From positions 4,913-68,912 of the forward strand of contig JADLFN010000085.1 of assembly GCA_020845475.1 (NCBI GenBank): 64,000 nt of DNA. The letters are read 5' to 3'. Both the position numbers and the translations under genes were made by a program. Below are positions 1 through 9,519 of this stretch, piece after piece; the stretch's first letter is position 1, and each line of letters begins with the position of its first letter. The notes beneath the pieces were generated by a model, which did no database searches, had not been told where the DNA came from, and saw only the letters and a list, made by a program, of their open reading frames with translations. The DNA is from Planctomycetota bacterium. GTDB taxonomy: Bacteria; Planctomycetota; UBA8742; UBA2392.

Positions 1-1
1 C

Positions 2-319
2 ATGGGAATCGCGCGCAATCAGCGCGATGCCTCTAACTTTCGAATCGTGCAGGCGCTGATTTACACAGGCCGCGTGCGATTCGCGTGTTCGAACTTCCTG
101 TTCAAGGAGATTGGAAAAACAGAACCGCCGGCATTGAGGCGCCAGATTCTTGCGTTGATTCCGAGGCCGGATGTGTTGGTGCCGCAGCACTCACGGTTGG
201 CGCCACGCATCCGTGAAATCGCCACTTTCGGTCTGGATGAAGGAGATTCAATCCACATGGCTTGCGCAGAAGAGGCGAGCGCGGACTTTCTGCTGACCAC
301 GGATGACGATTTTGCTTAG
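2..319 (+). CDS. PIN-domain ribonuclease (VapC-like toxin), 5'-truncated by window edge
   Basis: The ORF enters from the window edge. Its C-terminal ...GDSIHMACAEEASADFLLTTDDDF resembles the acidic C-terminal motif of PIN/VapC proteins. Confidence 0.55.
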   Translation: MGIARNQRDASNFRIVQALIYTGRVRFACSNFLFKEIGKTEPPALRRQILALIPRPDVLVPQHSRLAPRIREIATFGLDEGDSIHMACAEEASADFLLTTDDDFA

Positions 320-380
320 CTCGCTCGTCAGAATGCTATACTTCTCAGGGTGAAGGTTGTTTTGATTCACGACTGGCTGG

Positions 381-605
381 ATGAGGTATTGGATGTCTAG
401 GGTCAAAGCACAATCGTCCGCTCAACGCAAGCCCGCCAAGAAACGCAAGGCAAGGTGGTCTTTGCTGGGCGATGCGACGGCCAATCTCAAGGCGTGGCGT
501 AAGCAGTTCACATTGGAAGAAATGATCGCCATGGCGGAAGAGCCGCTCGGTTTCGAAGTCAAAATGCGCCCGGCCTCCGAGCTTCGCAAGCGCCGCGCCG
601 GCTAA
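381..605 (+). CDS. small basic hypothetical protein (uncertain)
   Basis: 74-aa ORF between the PIN gene and the phosphatase gene, with a basic stretch KPAKKRKAR. No motif recognised, and it may be spurious. Confidence 0.25.
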   Translation: MRYWMSRVKAQSSAQRKPAKKRKARWSLLGDATANLKAWRKQFTLEEMIAMAEEPLGFEVKMRPASELRKRRAG

Positions 606-612
606 CTTTCGA

Positions 613-1266
613 ATGACCACCACCTTCATCCTTGTTCGCCACGGCGAGACCGATTGGAATCGCGAGGGCCGCTATCAGGGCAAGCTTGACATTCCGCTCA
701 ATGCCAACGGGCGTGAGCAGGCAGCCAAGCTTGCGGCCGGGCTGGCTTCTCTCAAGCTGGATGCTGCCTACTCTTCTCACCTCGCCCGCGCCTTCGAAAC
801 CGCGCGAACCGTGTGCGCCAAGCGCGGCCTTGAAGTCATCAAGGAGCCCGGCTTTGCCGAGATCAACCACGGCGACTGGGAGGGCAAACTGGCAACCGAA
901 GTCGGCGAGCAATGGCCCAAGGAACTCGACGCCTGGCGCAACTGGCCCCACACGGTGCTCATGCCCAACGGCGAGCGCATCGCTGACGTGCAATCGCGCG
1001 CCGTCAGGGCGCTGACGCAATTGGCGCGCAAGCACGACGGTCAGACCGTACTGGTAGCCGCGCACGATGCCACCAACAAAGCGCTGCTGTGCTGGGCAAG
1101 CGAGGCGCCGCTTTCGAGTTTCTGGCGCTTCAAGCAGGACCCGACAGCGCTGAACTGCCTCGAAGTCACAATCGACGGTGAAAAAACCACGCCGCGCATT
1201 GTGCTCATGAACTCCATGCACCACACCGGCGTGCTGGTTTCGGGCATCGTTCACAAGGCGTTGTGA
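613..1266 (+). CDS. histidine phosphatase family protein (phosphoglycerate-mutase-like)
   Basis: The N-terminal LVRHGETDWN carries the catalytic RHG motif. A later AAHDATNK supplies the second His. The 217-aa length is typical. Confidence 0.85.
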   Translation: MTTTFILVRHGETDWNREGRYQGKLDIPLNANGREQAAKLAAGLASLKLDAAYSSHLARAFETARTVCAKRGLEVIKEPGFAEINHGDWEGKLATEVGEQWPKELDAWRNWPHTVLMPNGERIADVQSRAVRALTQLARKHDGQTVLVAAHDATNKALLCWASEAPLSSFWRFKQDPTALNCLEVTIDGEKTTPRIVLMNSMHHTGVLVSGIVHKAL

Positions 1267-1376
1267 AGCCCACGACCGTTTTCACGTCTTCGATAAGAAC
1301 TCCGGCTCTGTCCCGCGCGTGCTCCGTTCGCGGTGTATACTGATACGTCCCCGGCGGCCTGCCCCTGCGGCCCGTC

Positions 1377-4046
1377 ATGCAAAGAACGCTGATTCTGTTA
1401 GCGCTACTATGTGCCGCCTGCTTTGCGGGGCTGGCCGTTCGTGCTGATGACAAGCCCGCACCCAAGGCCGAGCCGCCCAAGGCGGGCAGCAAACCCGCGC
1501 CGATTGACCCCGCCGAAGTGAAGCTGGCCGAAGAGCTTCTCAAGCCGGTCAAGAACGACGAATTCGCCGTGCTGTGCGGCCTGCGCTATCTGCTGAGCCC
1601 CAGCTTTGAGGATGAACTTTTCACAGGTCGCTGGCGCCCGGTTTGCCCCATTGATTCCTTTGAAGCGCTGGGCGACGGGCCCTTGGGCCAGACCGAGCAA
1701 TTGCGCCTGTGGGCCGTGCTGGAAACGGGCATGGCGCGCAACGACGCCATGAACGCCCAGTTCGCGCGCCTGATCAAAACGCCGCCGCCCGAACTGCAGC
1801 AGGAACTCGCGCCCGCGGGTGTTTTCATGCTCACCCTGCGCGCGGCTCTCGCCCGCCTGACCATGGCCGAGGCCGCCAAACTCATGGAAAACGCGCGCCT
1901 GACCGTGGCCGCGGCCAAGCGCGTTTCCAACGCCTGCACCGCGCAATCGAAGTGGGTCACGAACGAGGGCGTTGCGCCGCAGTGGTTTGCCAATCATTTC
2001 TGGCGCGCCGTTATCAACCGTTGCGCGCTTGACCTGGGTCTGGCCGTCGATTTCAAGCTCTGGGGCCGCGACCTTGATTTCCTGCACCGTGCGCACGTTG
2101 ACGGCAAAGGCTGGACGTGCAAGCGCAACCAGCCGCCCGATGTCGGCGAGGATGTTCACGCCAACTTGCTCGCCATGGCCGCCTTTGGCCTGGCCTCGGG
2201 CGCGCCGCCCGCGCAGTTTGGCAAGGGCGACTTGCGCACCCTGGAGCAGGCGCAAAAGCGCGCGGCTATGGTGCTGGCGCGTGTGCCGCGCGATTACACG
2301 GACTTTGTTTTTGTCGGCGGTCGCGCATTGATGCTGCAAGCGGCGCAAGCCGCGCCGGAGGGCGAGAAAGATCCCGCCGGCTGGCGCAAGGAGTGCGTCA
2401 TGCTCACGCAGTCACACCTGGGCACTGGATCCGCGCCCGCACTGAGCACCGATTTCCCGGCCGCGCTGGGCCTGAACGAAGACGGCGCCATGGCCGATGT
2501 CGCGGAAGCCGCGCTGGGGCTGGTGTGCGCCTGTGGCGGCCTCTTCAGGGCCGGCGCCGGCGTCTTGGAGAAGCGCGAGCTTTCGCAACTGGCGCGCCTG
2601 CTGCACGCGCTGGCGACCATCGAGGCTTCCAAGGCACCGCCAACGCCGCCGCCGGGGCCGACGGAACTCGACAAGCGCGTGGAAATCGCGCTGGAGAATT
2701 GTCGCCAGCACCTGCTGTTGCTGCAGAACCCTGACGGCAGTTTTTCGTCGCTCAATAAGCTGAACAAGCATCCCGGTACCGGGCCCGATTGCCTGGCGCT
2801 GTGGGCGCTGATGCATTGCGGCGAATCACGCAACAGCAAGGCCGTGCAGCGCTGCATGAATTTTCTCGATGGGCAGCAGTTTGGCGTGAATTACTCTACC
2901 TACGAAATCGGGCTTCAACTGTGCATGCTCGAAAAGTACTTCGAGCCCGAAATCGTCGCGTCGGGCATGTATCTCGCCGAGACCTTTGAAGAGCGCGAGG
3001 TCGCGCGCAAAAAACTGCGCGAAGCCATTCCCCAGCGCTTCAATACTTTCGTGGACAACAGCTGGAAGCGCCTCGATGAAGCCTTTGACGGCAACGGCTA
3101 CGGGTATGGTCCCGGCGCTACGGGGTTCGACAACTCCAACAGCCAGTTCGCCATGCTGGGCATGCGCGCGGCCGTGGCGCTGGGCTCCGAGGTCAAGGTT
3201 GAGGTTTTCGTGCGCGAGGCCAAGCGCCTGTTCAACACGTTTTCGCCCGTGAACGCCTTTGACATGGTGCCGCTCGAACGGCACTGGAAATCAAGAGAGC
3301 AAAGCGAAACCGATGCCCGCATCATGATCCGCCCCGGCGGCTGGGGCTATGGCGGCGTCTTTTCCAGCGATGGTAAATACAAGGCCGTGCCGCACGGATG
3401 CAGCGGCGGCGCGCTGTGCGGCCTGGCCATTGCCATTGACGAACTGGCGCTGCGCAAGATGCTCAAGCCCGAAGATGAGCTCGCCGCCGACAAATGCCTC
3501 GCGGGCGGCATAGCCGCGCTGAATCACTGTGAAGTGCGCCTTTACGGTCTGGCCAACGAGCGCATCAAAATTGAAGACGATCGCGCGCCCAAAGCCAAAA
3601 AAGAAAAGCGCCCAGCACCCAAGCGCAACGCCGATGACTTCGAAGGCATGTTCATTGACGCGCTCGTCGAGCGCACCAACAGCACCTGCGGCAGCGGGCG
3701 CGGCATGTACTACGACCTGTGGGCGCTCGAGCGCGGCTTTGTGATCTGCGGCGTGAAAACGGTCGGGGGCGCGGACTGGTACGAGCAGATCGCAACGTAT
3801 CTGCTGAGCTGCCAGATGCCTGACGGAAGCTGGCGGCCCAAGAACCTGGTAGGGATTTACAGCGGAACCAACGTATACATCGGCACGGCCTGGGCCGCGC
3901 TGATTCTAAAGCGCGTGGCGCCGCCAACGTGGTCGCCGCAACGCCGCGGGCCGCAAGCGCCGCCGCGTCCCGGAAAGCCCGTCCGCCCCGAAACCAGCGA
4001 ACCCGACCCTAAACCCAAAGAAGGCCCCGTCACACCGGGAAAGTGA
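1377..4046 (+). CDS. secreted prenyltransferase/squalene-oxidase-repeat (alpha/alpha-toroid) protein, paralog A
   Basis: Has a signal peptide, MQRTLILLALLCAACFAGLAVRA. Repeats such as LLLQNPDGSFSS, CQMPDGSWRP and NSNSQFAMLGMRAA are typical of terpene-cyclase/prenyltransferase-like toroid repeats. Carries a Pro/Lys-rich C-terminal tail. Confidence 0.7.
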   Translation: MQRTLILLALLCAACFAGLAVRADDKPAPKAEPPKAGSKPAPIDPAEVKLAEELLKPVKNDEFAVLCGLRYLLSPSFEDELFTGRWRPVCPIDSFEALGDGPLGQTEQLRLWAVLETGMARNDAMNAQFARLIKTPPPELQQELAPAGVFMLTLRAALARLTMAEAAKLMENARLTVAAAKRVSNACTAQSKWVTNEGVAPQWFANHFWRAVINRCALDLGLAVDFKLWGRDLDFLHRAHVDGKGWTCKRNQPPDVGEDVHANLLAMAAFGLASGAPPAQFGKGDLRTLEQAQKRAAMVLARVPRDYTDFVFVGGRALMLQAAQAAPEGEKDPAGWRKECVMLTQSHLGTGSAPALSTDFPAALGLNEDGAMADVAEAALGLVCACGGLFRAGAGVLEKRELSQLARLLHALATIEASKAPPTPPPGPTELDKRVEIALENCRQHLLLLQNPDGSFSSLNKLNKHPGTGPDCLALWALMHCGESRNSKAVQRCMNFLDGQQFGVNYSTYEIGLQLCMLEKYFEPEIVASGMYLAETFEEREVARKKLREAIPQRFNTFVDNSWKRLDEAFDGNGYGYGPGATGFDNSNSQFAMLGMRAAVALGSEVKVEVFVREAKRLFNTFSPVNAFDMVPLERHWKSREQSETDARIMIRPGGWGYGGVFSSDGKYKAVPHGCSGGALCGLAIAIDELALRKMLKPEDELAADKCLAGGIAALNHCEVRLYGLANERIKIEDDRAPKAKKEKRPAPKRNADDFEGMFIDALVERTNSTCGSGRGMYYDLWALERGFVICGVKTVGGADWYEQIATYLLSCQMPDGSWRPKNLVGIYSGTNVYIGTAWAALILKRVAPPTWSPQRRGPQAPPRPGKPVRPETSEPDPKPKEGPVTPGK

Positions 4047-4124
4047 TTCCAGGTTGCCAGTCGGCGCTGATGGGGTAACCTGTAATGCGAAAACCCCGGT
4101 GGCCTTCCCCGAGGACACCTGCGA

Positions 4125-6686
4125 ATGAGATTTGCGAACGCTCTTGTTGTAACCCTTTGCGCCGCTTGGGCGCTGGCGGCGATTTGTGTGCCGGCCTTTG
4201 CCGGTGATCGCGCCAATCGGCAACAGGCACCGGCCAAAGATGCGCCCGCCAAGGATGCTCCGGCCCAGCAGCCGGCCATGGACCTGGACACCACGGAAGT
4301 CAATGAAGCGCGCGCCTTTGCCGCGGGCCTGCCCGTGCGCGAACGCGCGATGCTGGAAGGCTTGCGCTACCTGATGACGCCCGAGTTCCAGGAAGAGCTG
4401 CTGCGCGGCCGCAAACACCGCGTCTGCCCTCTTGAGCCAATCGAGAAACCGGCCAAGGGCGCCATGAACCTTACTTATGCCCTGCGCCTGTGGGCCGTGC
4501 TCGAAAGCGGCATGCCCTGTTCGCCCGGCCTCACCACCGAAGTCAACCGCCTGTGGGCGACGCCTGTTCCCGCCCCCACGCGCTCGCTTTCGGAGGTGGC
4601 TGTGCATCTGGCTGTGCTCAAGAGCGCCGCCTCACGCCCCGATTGGCCGCAGCGCGAAGCACTGTGCCTGCGCGCCAAAGAGCTGTTCAAGCTGTGTGAA
4701 AGCGCCGTGGACCTGTGCAGCCCGAGGTCATCCTTCGTGGCGGCCAACACCGTGCAAGTCGGCTGGTTTGCCAATCACTTCTGGCGCGCCCTTGCCACAC
4801 GCTGCGCGGCTTCGATGGGCATTGCATCGGAAAGCAAGCAGTGGGCAAAAGATCTCGAATTCCTCGCCAAAAGCTACGTCGATCGCCAGGGCTGGGTTTC
4901 GATGAAAGGCGTGAATTACAACTTGAGCGGCGACCTGCACTCGAACCTGCTCGCACTTGCCGCATGGTCGATGGCGGCAGACGCGCCCGAGGGCCTGATC
5001 TCCAGGTCCGACATCAAGGCGGCCGCCACGCAGTTGCAGCGCGGCAAGGAAATCCTGCAGCGCCTGCAATCCACTTACCTTGAAATGCCCTTTGGCGGCG
5101 GTCGCATCTGGCCGCTGTTGCTGCTGAACGGCCAGGTCGCGCCTGCCAACGAGAAAGACCCCGCAAAGTGGTTCGACGCGCAGATCACGGCGGCCTGCGC
5201 GCAACAGGGCCAGAGCGGAAACTTCAAAGCGACCAGCATGCTGGCCGCCGATCTTGAATTGGGCGTCAGCCGTTACGCAACCGACGCCGAAGGCCAGGCC
5301 CGCGAAACCGCACTGATCGTGATTGCGCTCTGCGGCGGCCCCTTTGCGAAGTCGGCACCGCTTGCCGGCCAGAGCATGCTCGACATCGGGATGACGCTGC
5401 ACAAGCTGGCGCTTGTGGAAGCCGCGGCTTCGAAGGTGCTCAGCGGCGATACGCGCGATCTGGTGAATCAGGCTATTGATTCCGGCGTGGAATACCTGCG
5501 CACGATCCAGAACAAGGAAGGCGATTTCGAAGGCTCCTACTCCAGCTACGCCAGCCAGACGGCGCTGTGCCTGCTGGCCATGCTGCACGGAGGCGTCGCG
5601 CGCGAAGACGCTGCCATCGAAAAGGGCATGAAGTGGCTGGATGAAAAGAAGTGGGCCATGCTCACTTACTCGTATGATGCCGGCATCCTGCTGATGCTGC
5701 TCCAGAAGTATTACGAGAAAGAAGCGCTCGCCGCCGGCCTGCTCAGCGCCAAAACGCCCGCAGATTTCAAAGTGGCGCGCAAGAAACTTCGCGACGCCAT
5801 TCCAGCCGAGCGCAACAAGATCATTGACCAGATCATCAGCAACCTTGAACTCGCGCGAGTGACCGGCACCAACGGCGGCTACACCTACGGCCGCGTTGCC
5901 GACGGCGGCGGTTACGGCGGCGATAACTCATGTACGCAATACGCTCTGCTGGCCTTCCATGCGGCAAGCCTGTTGGGCGCGGACATCCGCGGCGACGTTT
6001 TCAAGCGCGAAGTTCGGCGCCTGCTCGACTCCTTCTACGAGACGAAGGAAATCGCGGCGGTCACCGTGGAAGAAGAGGATCCCAAAGGAAAGAAGACGTC
6101 CGTCAAAATCACGGTGCAGGCCGGCGGCTGGGGCTACGGCACGGGCAAGACCGTGCCCAACTTGCAGTTCTCGGCCGCGGGCATGGGCTCGCTGGCCATC
6201 TGCCTAGATCAACTGCGCCTGCGCGGCGAGCTTTCCCAGGACCTCGAAGACTCGTGCGAAAAGGCCATTCTCGGCGCGGCGCTGTTCATGTCTCACAACT
6301 TTGAGCCCGACGCCAAAAGGCCCTACGGCGGCATCGGCCAGATCGAAACCGCCATGGACGGCCACGGCGCTTACTACAACCTTTATTCCGTCGAGCGCGC
6401 GGCTTCACTGGCGAGCATACGCATGCTCAACGGCACCGTGGACTGGTACGGCATCGGTTCGAGGCTGCTGATCGAGGCGCAGAACGATGATGGCGGCTGG
6501 GGCCAGGGTCGCTCTTTTGCCGGAAGCAAAGCCGCGCCCGCAACGGTCAACACCTGCATGGCGATTCTGTTTCTCAAGCGTGCGGCCATGCCCGTACTGA
6601 CCGACCACAAGAAGCGCGACAAAACACCGCCGCCCGCCGAAGAACCCAAAGAGCCCAAGAAGGAAGGCCCGATCACTGGAAAGTAG
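4125..6686 (+). CDS. secreted prenyltransferase/squalene-oxidase-repeat (alpha/alpha-toroid) protein, paralog B
   Basis: Has a signal peptide, MRFANALVVTLCAAWALAAICVPAFA. It is collinear with paralog A over its full length (LRYLMTPEFQEELL, WFANHFWRA, IQNKEGDFEGS, DNSCTQYALLAF, AQNDDGGWGQG). A GAGGA Shine-Dalgarno lies upstream. Confidence 0.7.
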   Translation: MRFANALVVTLCAAWALAAICVPAFAGDRANRQQAPAKDAPAKDAPAQQPAMDLDTTEVNEARAFAAGLPVRERAMLEGLRYLMTPEFQEELLRGRKHRVCPLEPIEKPAKGAMNLTYALRLWAVLESGMPCSPGLTTEVNRLWATPVPAPTRSLSEVAVHLAVLKSAASRPDWPQREALCLRAKELFKLCESAVDLCSPRSSFVAANTVQVGWFANHFWRALATRCAASMGIASESKQWAKDLEFLAKSYVDRQGWVSMKGVNYNLSGDLHSNLLALAAWSMAADAPEGLISRSDIKAAATQLQRGKEILQRLQSTYLEMPFGGGRIWPLLLLNGQVAPANEKDPAKWFDAQITAACAQQGQSGNFKATSMLAADLELGVSRYATDAEGQARETALIVIALCGGPFAKSAPLAGQSMLDIGMTLHKLALVEAAASKVLSGDTRDLVNQAIDSGVEYLRTIQNKEGDFEGSYSSYASQTALCLLAMLHGGVAREDAAIEKGMKWLDEKKWAMLTYSYDAGILLMLLQKYYEKEALAAGLLSAKTPADFKVARKKLRDAIPAERNKIIDQIISNLELARVTGTNGGYTYGRVADGGGYGGDNSCTQYALLAFHAASLLGADIRGDVFKREVRRLLDSFYETKEIAAVTVEEEDPKGKKTSVKITVQAGGWGYGTGKTVPNLQFSAAGMGSLAICLDQLRLRGELSQDLEDSCEKAILGAALFMSHNFEPDAKRPYGGIGQIETAMDGHGAYYNLYSVERAASLASIRMLNGTVDWYGIGSRLLIEAQNDDGGWGQGRSFAGSKAAPATVNTCMAILFLKRAAMPVLTDHKKRDKTPPPAEEPKEPKKEGPITGK

Positions 6687-7256
6687 CTAGCGCACGGCCA
6701 TGATCTGCGAAATCTGCTCGACCGCCTGCCATAGTGATGCCACCTGCACGTCGCCCAGACCGTGGTTGTAGGTGCTGGGCAGCGAGAATGTGACGAGTTC
6801 GGGGTGCGCGTCCTTGGCGGCCTGGTGGTCGATGTCGGCGTCGCCCACCATGAAGCTTTCTTCGAGCGCGATGTCGAATTCTTTGGCGGCCTTGCGCAGC
6901 ATGCCGCCGTGGGGTTTGCGGCAATCGCACTGGCGCGTGAACTCGGCCACATTGCCCTCGGTGGGGTGGTGGGGGCAGTAATAGAAGGCATCAATGCGCG
7001 CGCCGGCCTCCTGCGCCACTTTGAGGGCAACTTCAGAGTTCACGCGCCGCACCTGCGCCTCGGTAATCAAGCCGCGCGCGACGGCACTCTGGTTGGTGAC
7101 AACGACGGCAAGCAGGCCCATTTCGTTGATGCGGGCAATGGCGCGAGCGGCGTTGTCAATGAGCACGATCCTGGCGGGGTCGCCGCAGTAGCCCACCTGG
7201 TGGTTGATCGTGCCGTCGCGGTCGATGAACACGGCTTTGCGCGGGAATGGGGTCAT
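6687..7256 (-). CDS. gmhB: D-glycero-D-manno-heptose 1,7-bisphosphate phosphatase (HAD-IIIA)
   Basis: FIDRDGTIN is HAD motif I. YYCPHHP...CDCRKP is the Zn-binding CxH...CxC plus RKP motif, and MVGDADID is motif IV. I chose the start at MTPFPRK; the longer track ORF reaching 7589 is an upstream extension. Confidence 0.8.
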   Translation of the reverse strand: MTPFPRKAVFIDRDGTINHQVGYCGDPARIVLIDNAARAIARINEMGLLAVVVTNQSAVARGLITEAQVRRVNSEVALKVAQEAGARIDAFYYCPHHPTEGNVAEFTRQCDCRKPHGGMLRKAAKEFDIALEESFMVGDADIDHQAAKDAHPELVTFSLPSTYNHGLGDVQVASLWQAVEQISQIMAVR

Positions 7257-7347
7257 GGCGCGCGATGTTAGCAGGGGAAATTGTGCCTGTCCCCTTGACG
7301 CATGGGGATAACACGCTAGGACTACGCGGCTCAAAGGAACCCTCGCC

Positions 7348-7857
7348 ATGATGAAGGACCATATTTTCCTGAAGCTGGGAAGCGTCAAGGATGCCGAAGC
7401 CGATGCCATCATCAGCGAGATCAACAACGACCTGATTTTCTCGGCTGAGAACAGTTGCTCGCTGGGCCCGAACGTCGATTTCGAAATCGTGCGCCAGTGC
7501 CTGGCGATTGGCAAGCTCGACCTGGGCGACGCCGTAACGACCGACGCCGGCAACCTCAAGGCGCGCTGGGTAATCCACGCCGCGAGCATGGATTACGACG
7601 AGCGCAGCACGGAAGACAGCATTGTCAGTTCCATGCGCGCGGCGCTCAACCGCGCCAATGAAATCGGCGCGCGCACCGTTGCCGTGCCGCCCATTGGCGT
7701 GGCGACAAGCGAAATTCCGGTCAAGCGCGTGGCGGAACTTCTGCTCAGTGAGTGCCTGCGCCACAACGACCGCGAAAGCAGCGTGGAGGAAGCCACGTTC
7801 TTCCTGCCCAACGCCCAGATGATGCGCATCTTCGAGGAGTGCCTCAAGCAGATCTAA
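7348..7857 (+). CDS. macro-domain protein (ADP-ribose binding/hydrolase family)
   Basis: GDAVTTDAGNLKARWVIHAA and AVPPIGVATSEIP match macro-domain core motifs. The 169-aa size fits a stand-alone macro domain. Confidence 0.7.
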   Translation: MMKDHIFLKLGSVKDAEADAIISEINNDLIFSAENSCSLGPNVDFEIVRQCLAIGKLDLGDAVTTDAGNLKARWVIHAASMDYDERSTEDSIVSSMRAALNRANEIGARTVAVPPIGVATSEIPVKRVAELLLSECLRHNDRESSVEEATFFLPNAQMMRIFEECLKQI

Positions 7858-7932
7858 CGCGGCGGCAGCCGCGCTCACGGTGCCGTGGCCGCTTCGGCAC
7901 TGTCCATCGGACGCGGCTGGATCCGACCTGCC

Positions 7933-9297
7933 ATGGATATTCGTGAATCGATTCTCGACTGCATCGGCGATACGCCGATGGTCAAGCTATCGCGCTACTC
8001 GCGCGGCCTCTCTTGCAACCTGATTGCCAAGTGCGACCACCGCAACCCCGGCGGCAGCGTGAAGGACCGCATTGGCATTGCCATGATCCGTGACGCCGAA
8101 GCGCGCGGAGCGATCAAACCCGGCGGCACCATTACCGAAGGCACCGCCGGCAACACCGGCCTCGGCCTCGCGATTGCGGCCAACGTGCTGGGCTACAAGT
8201 GCGTGTTCTGCCTGCCCGATAAAATGAGCAAAGAGAAAATCGACCTGCTCAGGGCTTACGGCGCCAAAGTCATCGTCACGCCCACGGCCGTACCCAAGGA
8301 TGACCCGCGCCATTATCTCGCCGTCGCCAAGCGCATTGCCAAGGAAACGCCCAATGGCCTGTACATCGGCCAGTTTGAGAACGCCGCCAACCCCAAGGTT
8401 CACTACGAAACGACCGCGCAGGAAATCTGGAAGCAGACTGACGGCAAGCTGACGCATTTCTTTGCCGGTGCGGGCACGGGCGGCACGATCAACGGCGTGA
8501 GCAAGTTCCTCAAGGAGAAAAACCCCAAGGTCAAGGTGATCCTCACTGATCCCCTGGGCAGCTATTACCTGCATTACTTCCGCGACAAAAACGCCGTGGC
8601 GCCCAACCGCCAATACACCGTTGAAGGCGTGGGCCTCGATTACGTGCCCAAGACCATGGATTTCTCGCACATCGACGACGTCATCGAAGTGAGTGACAAG
8701 GAAGCTTACGCAGCCGCGCGCAAGCTCACGCGCGTCGAGGGCATTTTTACGGGCGGAAGCACGGGCATGACGCTGGCGGGTGCGACCAAGTGGGTCAAGC
8801 TCAACACGCCGCCGAGCAACGCGCTGCCCGTGGTGTTCCTGTGCGACGTGGGCGACCGTTATCTCAGCAAGATGTACAACGATGACTGGATGCGTGACAC
8901 CGGCATGCTCGACGAAACCGATCTGAGCGCGGGCGAAGTGCTCTCAAGCCACGGCAAGAAGCAGCAGCTCGTCACGACCACGCCGGACGCAAAGCTGAGC
9001 GACGTTTTCAAGCAATTGAAGTCGATGGATCTGTCCCAGATTCCCGTGCTCGAAAACGGCCAGCCGGTGGGCGCGCTCTACGACCACGAGATCATCGAGC
9101 TGCTGCTCAAGGGCCGCAAGCTCACCGACATCTCCGTGCGCGAGGTCATGGGCGAGCCTTTGCCGATCGTGCACGAAGATACTGCGGGCACGGAATTGCT
9201 CGCACTCTTCGAGGCCGGCAAGCCGGCAGCACTCGTGAAAAAAGCCAGCGGCGAATGGGGCATCGTCACCAAGACTGATCTGCTCGCGGCTTTGTAA
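7933..9297 (+). CDS. cystathionine beta-synthase-type PLP enzyme (cysteine synthase fold plus C-terminal CBS pair)
   Basis: NPGGSVKDRIG contains the PLP-binding Lys, and GAGTGGTING is also present. The C-terminal ~120 aa looks like a CBS-domain pair. I chose the start at MDIRESILD. Confidence 0.85.
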   Translation: MDIRESILDCIGDTPMVKLSRYSRGLSCNLIAKCDHRNPGGSVKDRIGIAMIRDAEARGAIKPGGTITEGTAGNTGLGLAIAANVLGYKCVFCLPDKMSKEKIDLLRAYGAKVIVTPTAVPKDDPRHYLAVAKRIAKETPNGLYIGQFENAANPKVHYETTAQEIWKQTDGKLTHFFAGAGTGGTINGVSKFLKEKNPKVKVILTDPLGSYYLHYFRDKNAVAPNRQYTVEGVGLDYVPKTMDFSHIDDVIEVSDKEAYAAARKLTRVEGIFTGGSTGMTLAGATKWVKLNTPPSNALPVVFLCDVGDRYLSKMYNDDWMRDTGMLDETDLSAGEVLSSHGKKQQLVTTTPDAKLSDVFKQLKSMDLSQIPVLENGQPVGALYDHEIIELLLKGRKLTDISVREVMGEPLPIVHEDTAGTELLALFEAGKPAALVKKASGEWGIVTKTDLLAAL

Positions 9298-9316
9298 CGG
9301 CGGCCCAAACGGCGAC

Positions 9317-9341
9317 GGAACCGCACGATGGATGCGGTTCC
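9317..9341 (+). terminator. hairpin downstream of the CBS-type gene
   Basis: GGAACCGCA-(7 nt)-TGCGGTTCC followed by GCTGCGTTTTGCG. It starts 20 nt after the stop at 9297. Confidence 0.45.
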
Positions 9342-9428
9342 GCTGCGTTTTGCGCGGCCTCTTTGCCACACCTGAAGTAAGGCACATCCGCCACAGAGGA
9401 AATCAACGGCCAGGCAAAGTCTTTGCAG

Positions 9429-9485
9429 CCACAGATTCACTCAGAAGGAAGCAACTGATCTGTGTTCATCTGTGTGAATCTGTGG
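9429..9485. repeat. CACAGA-type palindromic intergenic repeat (family A), short copy
   Basis: CCACAGATTCAC (9429..9440) pairs with GTGAATCTGTGG (9474..9485). The 18-mer ATCTGTGTGAATCTGTGG (9468..9485) recurs identically at 13628..13645. Confidence 0.75.
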
Positions 9486-9519
9486 TTTGAAGGCCGTCGC
9501 TTTTCCCGGCGGTGAAAAA

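Noticed and set aside
7257-7589. Upstream 111-codon extension of the gmhB ORF (6687..7589)
   Set aside because: The HAD/GmhB homology starts at MTPFPRKAVFIDRDG. The extension overlaps the start of the macro-domain gene in antisense and has no homology-like features.
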